The translations under genes and the position numbers were made by a program. Below are positions 9,934 to 19,020 of a DNA stretch of 64,000 bases, in pieces. The stretch is from an uncultured Acidobacteriota bacterium. GTDB taxonomy: Bacteria > Acidobacteriota > Thermoanaerobaculia > Multivoradales > UBA5704. Every line of letters starts with the position of its first letter. Position 1 is the first letter of the stretch. The notes beneath the pieces are model-generated. The model had not been told where the DNA came from. It worked only from the letters and a program-made list of their open reading frames with translations, and made no database searches. The stretch covers positions 96,001 to 160,000 of the forward strand of contig CAVYRF010000002.1 of the NCBI GenBank assembly GCA_963770895.1, in the 5' to 3' direction.

Positions 9934-10099
9934 CACGACAGTTTACTGACGGGGGTCGGGCTCGGCTCACCGGTCGTGTCCTGGTATGAAACGACCGCCG
10001 CTCGCCGTCGAGGCCGCGACGGCCCAGCCGCCCTCGTCCTGCTTGGCTGCGGTAGCGTCCTGTTGGGACAGCACCCAAGACGTGGTGCTGTCCTAAATC

Positions 10100-10229
10100 A
10101 CGTCCCGCTCGCACCAGCTCCACCAGCTGGCGGCGAAACTCCGCGGCGCACGGCGCTCGGTGTCTCTGTGGCATCGTGGACTCCTCTCTCCCAAATCATG
10201 GGGTTGTCCACGAAACCGGGGTAACTCCA
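10100..10229 (-). mobile_element. IS3-family remnant (left inverted repeat plus truncated orfA)
   Basis: Minus strand begins TGGAGTTACCCCGGTTTCGTGGACA (IS3-type 5'-TG end). SD ggag, then ATG 10174 reading MPQRHRAPCAAEFRRQLVELVRAGR (IS3 OrfA HTH start), after which similarity is lost. Confidence 0.8.
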
Positions 10230-10277
10230 CATCTGGCGCGGGATGATCTCCGCCCCACCAGCCATCCTCGTCGGTGA

Positions 10278-10306
10278 TTGAACCCTGTCGCTACGTCTTG
10301 TAGTAT
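10278..10306 (+). promoter_or_regulatory. Sigma70-like promoter for the 10329 gene
   Basis: TTGAAC-17 nt-TAGTAT, followed by SD aggaggt. Confidence 0.55.
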
Positions 10307-10328
10307 TCTCGCCAGGAGGTATTTAAAA

Positions 10329-10688
10329 ATGCGCAAATACCATTTGGCTGTGGTGCTTGCAGGGCTCTGTGGGCTCGCCGGGGCGTTCGGCGGTGCCGCC
10401 CACGCCGCGAGCGGTCCCATGTCGCCGGCACCGGCGCCGACCGCGGACACGCTGGCCCCGTGGCTTCATCCAGCCCTGAATATGACTCAGTCTTGCCAGC
10501 AGATTCCCAATCTGCCCGCGCCAACGCGGCTGATCTGCGGCACCACCAGCGTGCCCACCTCCTGCGTCGGCAAGGTCATCTACAACGCCATCTGCGGCAT
10601 CGGCGCCGGCGGTTACTGCCTTTATTGCTGGCAGGGCGACGGGCCGCCCGACGACTTCGGCAATTATCCCTGCGACTGCCGCAACTAG
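10329..10688 (+). CDS. Secreted Cys-rich protein (119 aa; 8 Cys in the C-terminal domain)
   Basis: Strong SD aggaggt, signal peptide ending AHA, Pro-rich spacer, then a Cys-rich domain ending PCDCRN. Confidence 0.8.
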   Translation: MRKYHLAVVLAGLCGLAGAFGGAAHAASGPMSPAPAPTADTLAPWLHPALNMTQSCQQIPNLPAPTRLICGTTSVPTSCVGKVIYNAICGIGAGGYCLYCWQGDGPPDDFGNYPCDCRN

Positions 10689-10936
10689 CACCGCGGCAAG
10701 ATCGGGTCTGGAAGGGCGGCGCCGCCCTCGCGTCCCTGGCGCAGGGCGGCGGAGCCGCAGGCCCGGCCACCGCCCTGCTCGTCACGCTCAGGGACCTGGC
10801 GGCCCCTGCATCCGCTCCAACCGCTGTTCGCGCCACCCGACCCAGGAAGAGCGGCACCGGCGGCGGTCAGGCGCGATCGACACATGATTGCGCACATTGT
10901 TTATTTATGAATGCAGCTATCTGAAAAGGAGAGGAT

Positions 10937-11428
10937 ATGCGTCGCTTTGCCCTGCTTGTTGTGGCCCTCGCCCTCGTCGCCGCCGGTCCCGCCGCCGCGG
11001 TCAACGTCTACTGGACCTCGGTCGGGTCGGCGGGCACCGTCGATCCCACCAGCGTCGTGCCGTTCTACAACGGCGCCGCCATCGAATACCCCACCACTTC
11101 CGCGGCGGAGCAGCCGATCATCGTCCGCTACAACGTCACCGATACCAACCTGAACAACGATCCGGGCTGGACCACCCTGGAAGTCGGCACCGCCGGTATC
11201 GCCGCCACGGACACCGTGCAGGTCACCCTCTTCGCGGTCGGCATGTGCAGCGAAACCCTCACCGCGCTCTGCTCGGTCACCATCACCGGTGGGCCCATCT
11301 GCCCGGCCGAATGCCAGTTCAGCTCGTCCGCCTTCGACTTCAGCAGCCACGCCTACTTCATCGAGGCCGTGCTGAGCCGTACCAGCACCTCGGTCAACCC
11401 GCAGCTGTTCTACCTGAGCATCCACTAA
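10937..11428 (+). CDS. Secreted hypothetical protein (163 aa, beta-rich, 4 Cys)
   Basis: SD aggagagg, signal peptide ending AAA, typical high-GC3 codon usage. Confidence 0.85.
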   Translation: MRRFALLVVALALVAAGPAAAVNVYWTSVGSAGTVDPTSVVPFYNGAAIEYPTTSAAEQPIIVRYNVTDTNLNNDPGWTTLEVGTAGIAATDTVQVTLFAVGMCSETLTALCSVTITGGPICPAECQFSSSAFDFSSHAYFIEAVLSRTSTSVNPQLFYLSIH

Positions 11429-11433
11429 ATGCG

Positions 11434-11465
11434 CTCGGGCCCCGGCCGGCAAGCCGGGGCCCGAG
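11434..11465 (+). terminator. Hairpin after the 10937 gene
   Basis: Perfect 13-bp stem ctcgggccccggc / gccggggcccgag just after the stop codon. Confidence 0.6.
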
Positions 11466-11599
11466 AGTGTTCCTGCCTGCCGAACAAGGTCACCGATGCT
11501 CCACTGGCGCCGGGTCAAGCCGGCCCGCCATCGCCGGGGTCACGACCCCATGGCCGACATAGCCGTTTCGGAGTCGATCGCGCTTGACCGGAAGCACCT

Positions 11600-11701
11600 T
11601 TATGGAAAGGGTATCCCGATCCAGATAGCAGCAACAGCAAAGGTCATTGCCAAAGCAGCGATTGAACCGGGCATTGAAATCTTCTTTGTTGGTCTATTCA
11701 C
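11600..11701 (-). pseudogene. Signal-peptide-only remnant of another secreted protein
   Basis: GTG-started VNRPTKKISMPGSIAALAMTFAVAAIWIGIPFP* in a locally AT-rich patch downstream of the 11894 gene. Confidence 0.3.
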
Positions 11702-11893
11702 TCGACCCACCGCTCTAGAAGGGTTCTTCCCATCATCGAGACTGACAAGGGTTTATGCTTCGCGCCACCGGGGGGCCGCGGCGGCCCAAAGGGCGGACGG
11801 GAGGCTCGTCGGGGAGGAGGTGGGGGGAGACGGGGCCGCCCCACAGCAGGCGCAGGGCGGCGGTTGCCTCCGAAGCTTTTCGGCAGGAGCTGA

Positions 11894-12157
11894 TCAGTTG
11901 CAGCTGATCTTAACAACCGTGTCGTAATCGGTGATGTCACCGGTGCAGGTCCACGTCTGGCAGCAGCCGTGGTGACACGAGCCCACCACGGTCTGATGGC
12001 TGGCGTTGTTGTAGTAGGTGATCGTAACGATATTAAAATCGTCGCAGACGGCGGCTGCCGACCTCTGCTGGGGGCCGACCATGGCCACGGCAAACACCGC
12101 CAACACGATCGCCAGCAGGCTCAGACGTCGCAGCGTGGAGGTCCTCGATCCCACCAT
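11894..12157 (-). CDS. Small secreted Cys-rich protein, DUF6289-like (87 aa)
   Basis: SD gaggag and a signal peptide. YYNNASHQTVVGSC...CTGDITDY motif. Confidence 0.82.
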   Translation of the reverse strand: MVGSRTSTLRRLSLLAIVLAVFAVAMVGPQQRSAAAVCDDFNIVTITYYNNASHQTVVGSCHHGCCQTWTCTGDITDYDTVVKISCN

Positions 12158-12388
12158 TTTCTTCTCCTCTTGTAAGAGCCTTTGATTGTAACATACCAGG
12201 TAGCATGGACTCCACCTAGAGGACCGCCAAGCCAAGAACACCGCCCTCAACATGTCCCTGCCAACGAGCTACTACGACCGGCTGGGAGTATCCAGGCCTG
12301 CCTCGTAGCCAGCGGGATGGGTCGACCGGCCGCGGTGCTGCTCCACCCCACCCCGCTGGTAACGCTCGTCGCTCAGCGCCGTCCGGCC

Positions 12389-12468
12389 GGCGCCTCTGGC
12401 CCCCGACGCACCCGTCGCGGCGTCAGGGCTTGCCGACCAGCTGCACCGCGGCGATCTCGTTCCAGCCC
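12389..12468. repeat. ~80-bp direct repeat, copy 1 (orphan copy of the lipoprotein gene 3' end)
   Basis: Matches 15284-15362 with few differences. Encodes GWNEIAAVQLVGKP* on the minus strand. Confidence 0.9.
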
Positions 12469-12615
12469 TGGCTCAGCGCCGAGACCGGATCGATCCGCGT
12501 TGCGCGGGACGCGGCAACCGCGATCACCGCGAAGGCAAGGCCGACGACTGTGCCCAGGCTCAGGCACTAGAGCCGCACTGCAATGCAGACGCCCACGGCC
12601 GGCTGGCCGCGAGCG

Positions 12616-15015
12616 CTACGGCGCCCCCTGGAGCGCCGCCAGCGTGCTCACCAGCTGCCCGATATTGGCGATCGGATAGGTGTCGTTCCGCGCCTGGACC
12701 GCGGCGCCGTAGCTGCCGAACTGGGCGAAGTTCGCGGTGGACGCGTACGCGGCGGGGACCTCCCCGCCGAGCCCCGTCCCCAGATAGCTCAGCAGAGCCA
12801 TCCACTCCTTCAGCTCCTGGACGCCCCCGCTGCCGGGAGCGGCGTCGATGCGATTGGCCAGCAGACCGGGCAGATCGGCTCCCGTCAGCACCGCGCCGCC
12901 GGTGGCGGAGGCGTACGGCGTGATGGCGATGCCGAACTCGCTCTCGACGGCGCCGAGCAGCAGCAGCGCGTAAAGATCCACCGCCACCCGCACCCTTACC
13001 GCTTCGGTGAGGGCGGAGGCGGCGCCGGTATTGGTGAGATCGTTGGGGGCGAAACCGTACACGGTGTCGATGGCGGCGACGGCCTTGGACACCACCAGCG
13101 CGCTCAGCGTGGTCGTGCCGGCGGCGCTGTCCGCCGCCGCGGCCGCGGCCACGACTCCCAGCGCGCCGAGGTTGACGGCGATCTCTTGGTTGTTCGGCGC
13201 TACGTCATTCAGCGCCACCATGGCGGCGGCGTACGGATTACCGCCGGCGTAAGCCGCCAGCAGCGCCGCGCCGCTGTCGGTCCCCAGGCTGGCCAGGGCG
13301 CCCAGGGCTTGCAGCGCCACCGGCGAACCGGCGCCAGCTTTCTGGCTCGTCACCTGGAGCACGCCCGCCGCGGTGGCGTACTTGAAGTAGTCGTATGACT
13401 CCGCGTCCTTGAGGACGTAGCGAAGGCCGGAAAGATTCAGATAAAACTGAGACGATACGAGATTGCTCTGCGCCACCAGCTGGAGGGCGCACACCTTCTG
13501 GATGTCGCCGAGACCGAGGTACGCCGAGATCGCCGGGTAGCCCACCGGCAGCGCCTGGGTGGGATCCGGCGAGATCCCGAGCGGCAGAACGTTGTAGACG
13601 TCGGCGAAGCTCAGGGGAACGCCGGCGCGCAGCTTGCCGCGCAGAACGCCCGTCGCCACCACCGCGGTTTGGAACGGCGTGAAGTCGTAGCCGGGGAGGT
13701 TGCTGGGCGTCTGCGCGATGATGGCGTTGGGAACGTTGCGCAACGCGTCCGCGGCGAGGTCGCCGAGGCCGTTGGGCGACAACACCGGATTCGTCTCGTT
13801 CGACACCATGTCCTGCGCCGCGGTGCCCACCGGATGATAGATACCGGTGGCGAGGTTCGCCGGATCGTAGTCGGCGAAAGTCTGGCTGAAGAAAGCGGCC
13901 AGCGCTGCGTTGAGCTGTAGATCCGCGGACCTGACGAGCGCCGCGACTCCCGGATCGGGCTTCAACGTCCGGTGAATGCCGACGCGGATCGCGGCAAGGC
14001 TGGCGTCGGTCATGATCAGATTGCTGGAAGCGTCGGCGGTGGTCGATTGGGTGGCCGCGTGATACGTCAGATCGATGCGGGCGACGTTGGTGCCGAAGGC
14101 GCCGGCGTCGATGATCTGGGTGTTCCAGCTGCCGTTGGGCACCGCGTGCGCGGAAGCCAGCGGCGTGTGAGTGTGGCCGGACGCGATCACGTCGATGCCG
14201 GTCACGTGCCGGGCCAGGTCCACGTCCTCGCCGTTGAGGCCGGCGGCGTCGGTGCCGGAGTGGGAGAGGGCGATGACGATTTGCACGCCCGACCTCTGCC
14301 GCAGACCGTCCACCAGAGCCTGGATGGCGGCGTAGTCGATCGTGAAGCTCACCGGCGCCGAACCGGGCGCATCCAGTGCCGCCTCCTTGCCCATGAGCCC
14401 GATGTAGCCCACCTTGAGGCCGTTCGACAGCTGCTCGACGCGCGTGCTCTGGATGGCCTTGCCGTCGCCGACAAAGGGCGCGAGATCGGTATTGCCGCCG
14501 AGATTCATGTTGGACGCCACGATCGGGGTGCGAAACGAGAACCCGCCCGCCGCCGCGCCGAGCATCCGCGCCAGCCCCTTGGGCGTGTAATCGAACTCGT
14601 GGTTGCCGAGCGTCACGCAGTCGTACTGCATGACCTTGAGGAACTTGAGCGCCAGCGGCCGCGAGCCCAGCGTCAGGTCGTAGAGGGTGCCCATCGTCCA
14701 ATCGCCGGAGTCCACCAGGACCACCGGATGACCCGCGCTGGCGCGGACGAAGCTCACGTAGGAGGCGATTCGCGCATAGGCGCCGGTGACGCTCCTGCCG
14801 GACGCCGGATCGACGTCCAGGCCGACATGATCGGACCCGTTGGCGTGATCGTGCAGATCGGTGGTCTGCAGGATGGTGATCTGGGAGTCGCCGACAGGAT
14901 GACGCTTGCCGGCGTCGCCCAGCCCCGCGGCGCCCTGCGCGCACAATCCTGCCGGCAGCGACAGCACGACGAGCACGCAGATTGCAGCGGCCAATCCGAG
15001 CTTTCTGGACCTCAC
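12616..15015 (-). CDS. Secreted bifunctional metallophosphatase / 5'-nucleotidase
   Basis: TTDLHDH, VDSGD, TLGNHEFD, LSHSG, IASGHTH calcineurin-like motifs and an LGDLAADA C-terminal domain. SD aggagg before GTG 15015. Confidence 0.9.
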   Translation of the reverse strand: MRSRKLGLAAAICVLVVLSLPAGLCAQGAAGLGDAGKRHPVGDSQITILQTTDLHDHANGSDHVGLDVDPASGRSVTGAYARIASYVSFVRASAGHPVVLVDSGDWTMGTLYDLTLGSRPLALKFLKVMQYDCVTLGNHEFDYTPKGLARMLGAAAGGFSFRTPIVASNMNLGGNTDLAPFVGDGKAIQSTRVEQLSNGLKVGYIGLMGKEAALDAPGSAPVSFTIDYAAIQALVDGLRQRSGVQIVIALSHSGTDAAGLNGEDVDLARHVTGIDVIASGHTHTPLASAHAVPNGSWNTQIIDAGAFGTNVARIDLTYHAATQSTTADASSNLIMTDASLAAIRVGIHRTLKPDPGVAALVRSADLQLNAALAAFFSQTFADYDPANLATGIYHPVGTAAQDMVSNETNPVLSPNGLGDLAADALRNVPNAIIAQTPSNLPGYDFTPFQTAVVATGVLRGKLRAGVPLSFADVYNVLPLGISPDPTQALPVGYPAISAYLGLGDIQKVCALQLVAQSNLVSSQFYLNLSGLRYVLKDAESYDYFKYATAAGVLQVTSQKAGAGSPVALQALGALASLGTDSGAALLAAYAGGNPYAAAMVALNDVAPNNQEIAVNLGALGVVAAAAAADSAAGTTTLSALVVSKAVAAIDTVYGFAPNDLTNTGAASALTEAVRVRVAVDLYALLLLGAVESEFGIAITPYASATGGAVLTGADLPGLLANRIDAAPGSGGVQELKEWMALLSYLGTGLGGEVPAAYASTANFAQFGSYGAAVQARNDTYPIANIGQLVSTLAALQGAP

Positions 15016-15283
15016 GGTTCTCCTCCTTCGCCTTGGTTCGGCAACCGGCGCACGCACGCGGTGCGGCGTGGTGGGCCAAGGCAAGTCTTCTCTACGGCGG
15101 ATGGCAGCAGCTTACCATGCGCGGGATCGGCGCTCGATCGCGGCGCCGGCAATGTGAAGGGTCGACTTCGCGCCCGGTGACATGCCTCAACTGCTTGCCT
15201 GCACGGCCGTTCTGTTGCCCCGGCCGCGGCGCGCCTGACGGCGCGACCGTGCTCGGGCCGGGAGCCGGAGGCGCCGGCCGGGC

Positions 15284-15362
15284 GGCGCCTCCGGCCCCCG
15301 CCGCACCCGTGCGGCGTCAGGGCTTGCCGACCAGCTGCACGGCGTCGATCTCGTTCCAGCCC
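15284..15362. repeat. ~80-bp direct repeat, copy 2 (native 3' end of the lipoprotein gene)
   Basis: Matches 12389-12468. Confidence 0.9.
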
Positions 15363-16174
15363 GGCACGGCGTTGGTGGCGAGGGTCACCTTGACGCGGTT
15401 CACCTTGTAGGAGGTCACCGGGAACTTGAGCAGCAGGTAGTTGAGCTCCTTCGTCGGGTCGTCGCCGGTCCAGATGCGGTGCGCCACCCCGGCGTCGTCG
15501 ATCAGCTCCACCTTCACCACCGCTCCCGATCCCTGCGACTCGCGGACGCGCACCTCGGTGGCGTGCACCGGCTTGGCGTACTTGAGGTCCAGCCACTCGA
15601 TGCCGCCGTCCTGGGTGCTCGGCGCCCACGCCTTGCCGTTGTCGCTATACGATTCGACGTTGGGCACACCGGTCGCCTGCATGGGGGAAAAGGTATCGTT
15701 GCCCAGATGGTTGGTGTAGCTCGAAGAGGCGGTCGCCGAGGTCGCCCACTGGCCGTCGGGATCGTTCTTGATGTCGTCCTGGTGCAGCGACCACTGCGCC
15801 GCGGCCTTGCGGGACGGGGCCTCTTCCGCTCCCGCCTTGATCGTCGGCGAGCCGGTCGTCGCCGAAGCCTCGGCGACGGTGTCGGTCGACTGTCCCGTGA
15901 TGGGCGCGGCGGCGGTTCCGGAGCTCATCGCCCCGGCGTCCGAGCTCATCGGCGGCGCCGCCTCGGCGGTCGTTGCGGGGGTCGTCGCGGGAGCCGCCGC
16001 TGGCGCCGCGGCCGGAGCCGGTTCGGGCGCCGGGGCGGCGGCGGGCGCGCTCGCCGCCGTGTTGTCGCCCTCCTCCTGCTTCTTGTGGCATCCGGTCGTC
16101 ACCACCGGCAGCAGCCCGCAGAGGGCGAGCGCCAGGCAGCTTGAACCGAGACTGAGACGAGGCTTGGCATCCAT
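15317..16174 (-). CDS. Lipoprotein with Ala/Pro linker and a C-terminal discoidin/jelly-roll-like domain
   Basis: Lipobox-like TTG-C. QWATSATASSSY...AWAP...EWLDLKY...WNEIDAVQLVG domain. Confidence 0.8.
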   Translation of the reverse strand: MDAKPRLSLGSSCLALALCGLLPVVTTGCHKKQEEGDNTAASAPAAAPAPEPAPAAAPAAAPATTPATTAEAAPPMSSDAGAMSSGTAAAPITGQSTDTVAEASATTGSPTIKAGAEEAPSRKAAAQWSLHQDDIKNDPDGQWATSATASSSYTNHLGNDTFSPMQATGVPNVESYSDNGKAWAPSTQDGGIEWLDLKYAKPVHATEVRVRESQGSGAVVKVELIDDAGVAHRIWTGDDPTKELNYLLLKFPVTSYKVNRVKVTLATNAVPGWNEIDAVQLVGKP

Positions 16175-16416
16175 GGCAATTCTCCTCGGAGACCCTGGAA
16201 ATGGCGTGGGCTGCCCCCATCATATCGAGAAAGAGCAATGCCGGTGGGCCTGAGAACATGCGAGCCGCGCCCCAAACTACAACCCTACCCCCGGGGCCGG
16301 CCCGCCGAGAAAACGCCCTGATAGATTGGGCGCGCGGGCGCTCATACGCTTCGCCTCCGTAGACGGACAGGATGGGCCGCTTTCCGCGCCGCCGGCTCCG
16401 TCTACAATCGCGCTCC

Positions 16417-17784
16417 ATGACCGACGACAGTGCGTTGGAGGAGGCCCGCCGGCCGCGACGGTGGCTGGCCGCGGTGCTGCTGGTTCGCCAGGTGTGGCTG
16501 GCAGTGGGGCTGACGCTGCTGCTGCTGGCGGTTGCCGAGGCCGGCGCGCGCCTGGTGCTGCTGGCGCGCCCGCCGGCGGTCGATCCGCGGGTGCATGCCG
16601 ACGCCTACGCGGGGGCGCCGTGGGTGGCCGGGCTCTACGCCGAGATCGCCCAGGTCGGGCGGATGCGCTGGGAGCCATACGTCTATTGGCGGCGGGTGGC
16701 ATTTGCCGGCCGCTTCGTCAACGTCGACGAGCGCGGGCTACGGCGGACCTGGCAGCCGCCCGAGGCCGCGGCGCTCGCGGGAGCGGCGAGGCCGGGGGCA
16801 GCGGCGGCGGTGTCGGGGGCGGAGGCGGGGGCGGGGGCGGCGGTCAAGCCGAAGGGAACGGTGACGGGGGGCGCCGCACCGGCGGCGCTGCCGCGTCTGT
16901 TTTTTTTGGGCGGCTCGGCGGCGTGGGGCAGCGGCGTGCGCGACGACCACACCATCGCCTCGGAGCTGGCGCGCTGGCTCGCCGCCCACGGCGCGCCGGC
17001 GCTGGTGACCAACTACGGCGAGTCGGGTTACGTCTCCACCCAGGCGCTGCTGGTCCTGGTGCGCGAGCTGCAGCGCGGCGCGGTGCCCGACACCGTGGTG
17101 CTCTACGGCGGCGCCCTGGACGTGTCGAGCGCGACCGCGGCGGTGGGGCGGGTCGGGGTGCCGCTCAACGAGGGGAACCGCGAGCGCGAGTTCGATCTGC
17201 TGCGCCATGCGCGGCGCCTGGTGCCGGCGGCGCTGCGGGTGGTGGCGGCACGCTCGGCGCTGGTCAAGCTTGCCGGCTTCCATCTGCAACAGCCGCCGGC
17301 GGCGCCGGCGCCGCCGCTCACCCCAGCGCTCGCCGACGCGGTGGCTGGCGAGCTCGCCGCCAATCGCCGCATCCTCGCGGTGCTGGCGGCGAGCTACGGC
17401 TTCCGGCTGATCTGGGTCTGGGAGCCGTCGATCCTGGAGAAGCCGCAACTGACCGCGTATGAGCGATCCTATTGCAATCGCCTACCCACGCCGCTGCGCG
17501 GCTGGCAGCCCATGGTGGTGAGCCGGCTGCGGCGCGAATGGAGCACCAGCGGCGGCGGCGGCGCCAGCGGTGACGCCGCGTGCGAGGTCCTGTTCCTGGA
17601 TGACCTGTTCGCGCCAATCGCGGCGCCGCGCTTCATCGACCAGAGCCACACCAGCGAAACCGCGAACGCCGAGGTGGCGGCGGCGATCGGCGGGCGCCTG
17701 CTGGCTGCAGGGTGCGGCGGCCTCAGGCGCCGCCCCGCCACCGACTCCACCGTCAGAAACTCCTGCCCGTCCTGGTCCAGCTAG
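16417..17784 (+). CDS. Membrane-anchored SGNH/GDSL hydrolase-family protein
   Basis: N-terminal TM helix, FLGGSAAWG block I, NYGESGY block II, FIDQSH block V. Confidence 0.8.
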   Translation: MTDDSALEEARRPRRWLAAVLLVRQVWLAVGLTLLLLAVAEAGARLVLLARPPAVDPRVHADAYAGAPWVAGLYAEIAQVGRMRWEPYVYWRRVAFAGRFVNVDERGLRRTWQPPEAAALAGAARPGAAAAVSGAEAGAGAAVKPKGTVTGGAAPAALPRLFFLGGSAAWGSGVRDDHTIASELARWLAAHGAPALVTNYGESGYVSTQALLVLVRELQRGAVPDTVVLYGGALDVSSATAAVGRVGVPLNEGNREREFDLLRHARRLVPAALRVVAARSALVKLAGFHLQQPPAAPAPPLTPALADAVAGELAANRRILAVLAASYGFRLIWVWEPSILEKPQLTAYERSYCNRLPTPLRGWQPMVVSRLRREWSTSGGGGASGDAACEVLFLDDLFAPIAAPRFIDQSHTSETANAEVAAAIGGRLLAAGCGGLRRRPATDSTVRNSCPSWSS

Positions 17785-17851
17785 GCACCGGTGGGCCCCG
17801 CCGCCGGCGGCAGGGCGCCGCCGGCTGGCGAAGCGATGTGCGCGCGCTGCC

Positions 17852-18673
17852 TTACGGGCAGGTCGCGAACGCCGAGGTGTCCTGAATCGGCTGGAACTCG
17901 GTGTTGGCCGGGTTTGTGTACGTCTTGGTGGCGTTGGTCTGCAGGTCGGTCACCGTGATGACCGTGTTGACGTTGGTGAGACCGCCGGCGAAGACCCAGT
18001 ACGCATTGTCGACCGGGCAGCCGTCGAGCACCTTGATCACCGCTTCGACGTTGGTCGAGGAGAAAAACCACAGGTAGCCGGTATCCGACGTCAGCTGCAC
18101 GGCATTGGCGTTGCCCGAGCCGCTGGCGCCGGCGTTAAAGGTGGCGCGCACCTGGAAGCGCCCGTTGCTCAGGCAGAGAGTGTTGGGGTCGTTGGGGCAG
18201 TTCGTGGTCGTGCTGCCGCAGGTGAACTTGAAGGTGTAGTTGCCCGACTGGCTGGCGGAGGTGTTAGTCACCGCCCAGGTCCAGTTGCCCGCCGCGTTGA
18301 GCGAAGAAGGCACCGTGACCGTGCCGGGCCCCTGGAAGTCGGACGAAGAGGTGAGCACGTCGCCCGAAGGGTTGAGCAGCTCCAGGACGGGATCGAACTC
18401 CGTGCTGGTCAGGGTGCCGGTCACCGATTCGGAAACCGTGCCGGCGAACTGGTAGTACTGCACCGGCGTGCCGTCCGGCAGGGTGCAACCCCCGGATGCG
18501 AGAGTGCCGTTGACCGTGGAACCGCAGGTGATCGCCTGCGGGGTACACGCTGCTGTCGCCCTGACTTCGGCCAGTCGCTGCGCGACCGCGCCGTCCTTTG
18601 CGGATGCCTGGGCCAGACCAAGAGTGGGGGTGACGAGGGCGGCGCAGAGTGCGGTGAGCAAAACGTATCGCAT
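17852..18673 (-). CDS. Secreted protein: PPC-like domain plus conserved C-terminal beta domain (LCL..GRF...WFF...NVE..IKVLDGC..YWVFAGGLTNV)
   Basis: Signal peptide and FDPVLELLNP PPC-like segment. The C-terminal domain is one I recall as recurrent in Thermoanaerobaculia secreted proteins (not database-checked). Confidence 0.85.
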   Translation of the reverse strand: MRYVLLTALCAALVTPTLGLAQASAKDGAVAQRLAEVRATAACTPQAITCGSTVNGTLASGGCTLPDGTPVQYYQFAGTVSESVTGTLTSTEFDPVLELLNPSGDVLTSSSDFQGPGTVTVPSSLNAAGNWTWAVTNTSASQSGNYTFKFTCGSTTTNCPNDPNTLCLSNGRFQVRATFNAGASGSGNANAVQLTSDTGYLWFFSSTNVEAVIKVLDGCPVDNAYWVFAGGLTNVNTVITVTDLQTNATKTYTNPANTEFQPIQDTSAFATCP

Positions 18674-18898
18674 ATAGGAAATCTCCTCGCGGATAGCACC
18701 CGGCTTGGAGGTAGCCCGACGACCCTTTGCTCCGGCCTGTCCTGTTGAACCGTCGGTCGTGCTCCCATGGGCGCCAGGGGATGGCGGCCGGACTTCGCCA
18801 CTATAGCCGAACCTGCCACCCGCGGCCAGGGCCGAGGGTGAGGGGGGGCTTGCGCCACCCCCTTCGGCGGGCGCCCGGAGCCGCCAGGCGGCGGGGCT

Positions 18899-19018
18899 TT
18901 ACGCGGTGCAGTTTTCGCAGGTCAGCGCGCAGGTGGGATAGCACCCGGACTGCGGGTCACAGACCGTCGGCGTGGAGCGCACCAGGCCGCCGGCAGCCAG
19001 CGCCAGGCCCTTGGTCTC
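18899..19018 (-). pseudogene. Leaderless RiPP/lanthipeptide-like precursor remnant
   Basis: ETKGLALAAGG-LVRSTPTVCDPQSGCYPTCALTCENCTA* with coding-like GC3, starting right after the hisS stop. No ATG or complete leader. Confidence 0.45.
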
Positions 19019-19020
19019 CG

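Noticed and set aside
17795-18897. Similar GC-rich inverted segments at 17795-17824 and 18864-18897 flanking the secreted protein gene
   Set aside because: Low-complexity gccgcc sequence, explainable as independent terminator hairpins or chance.
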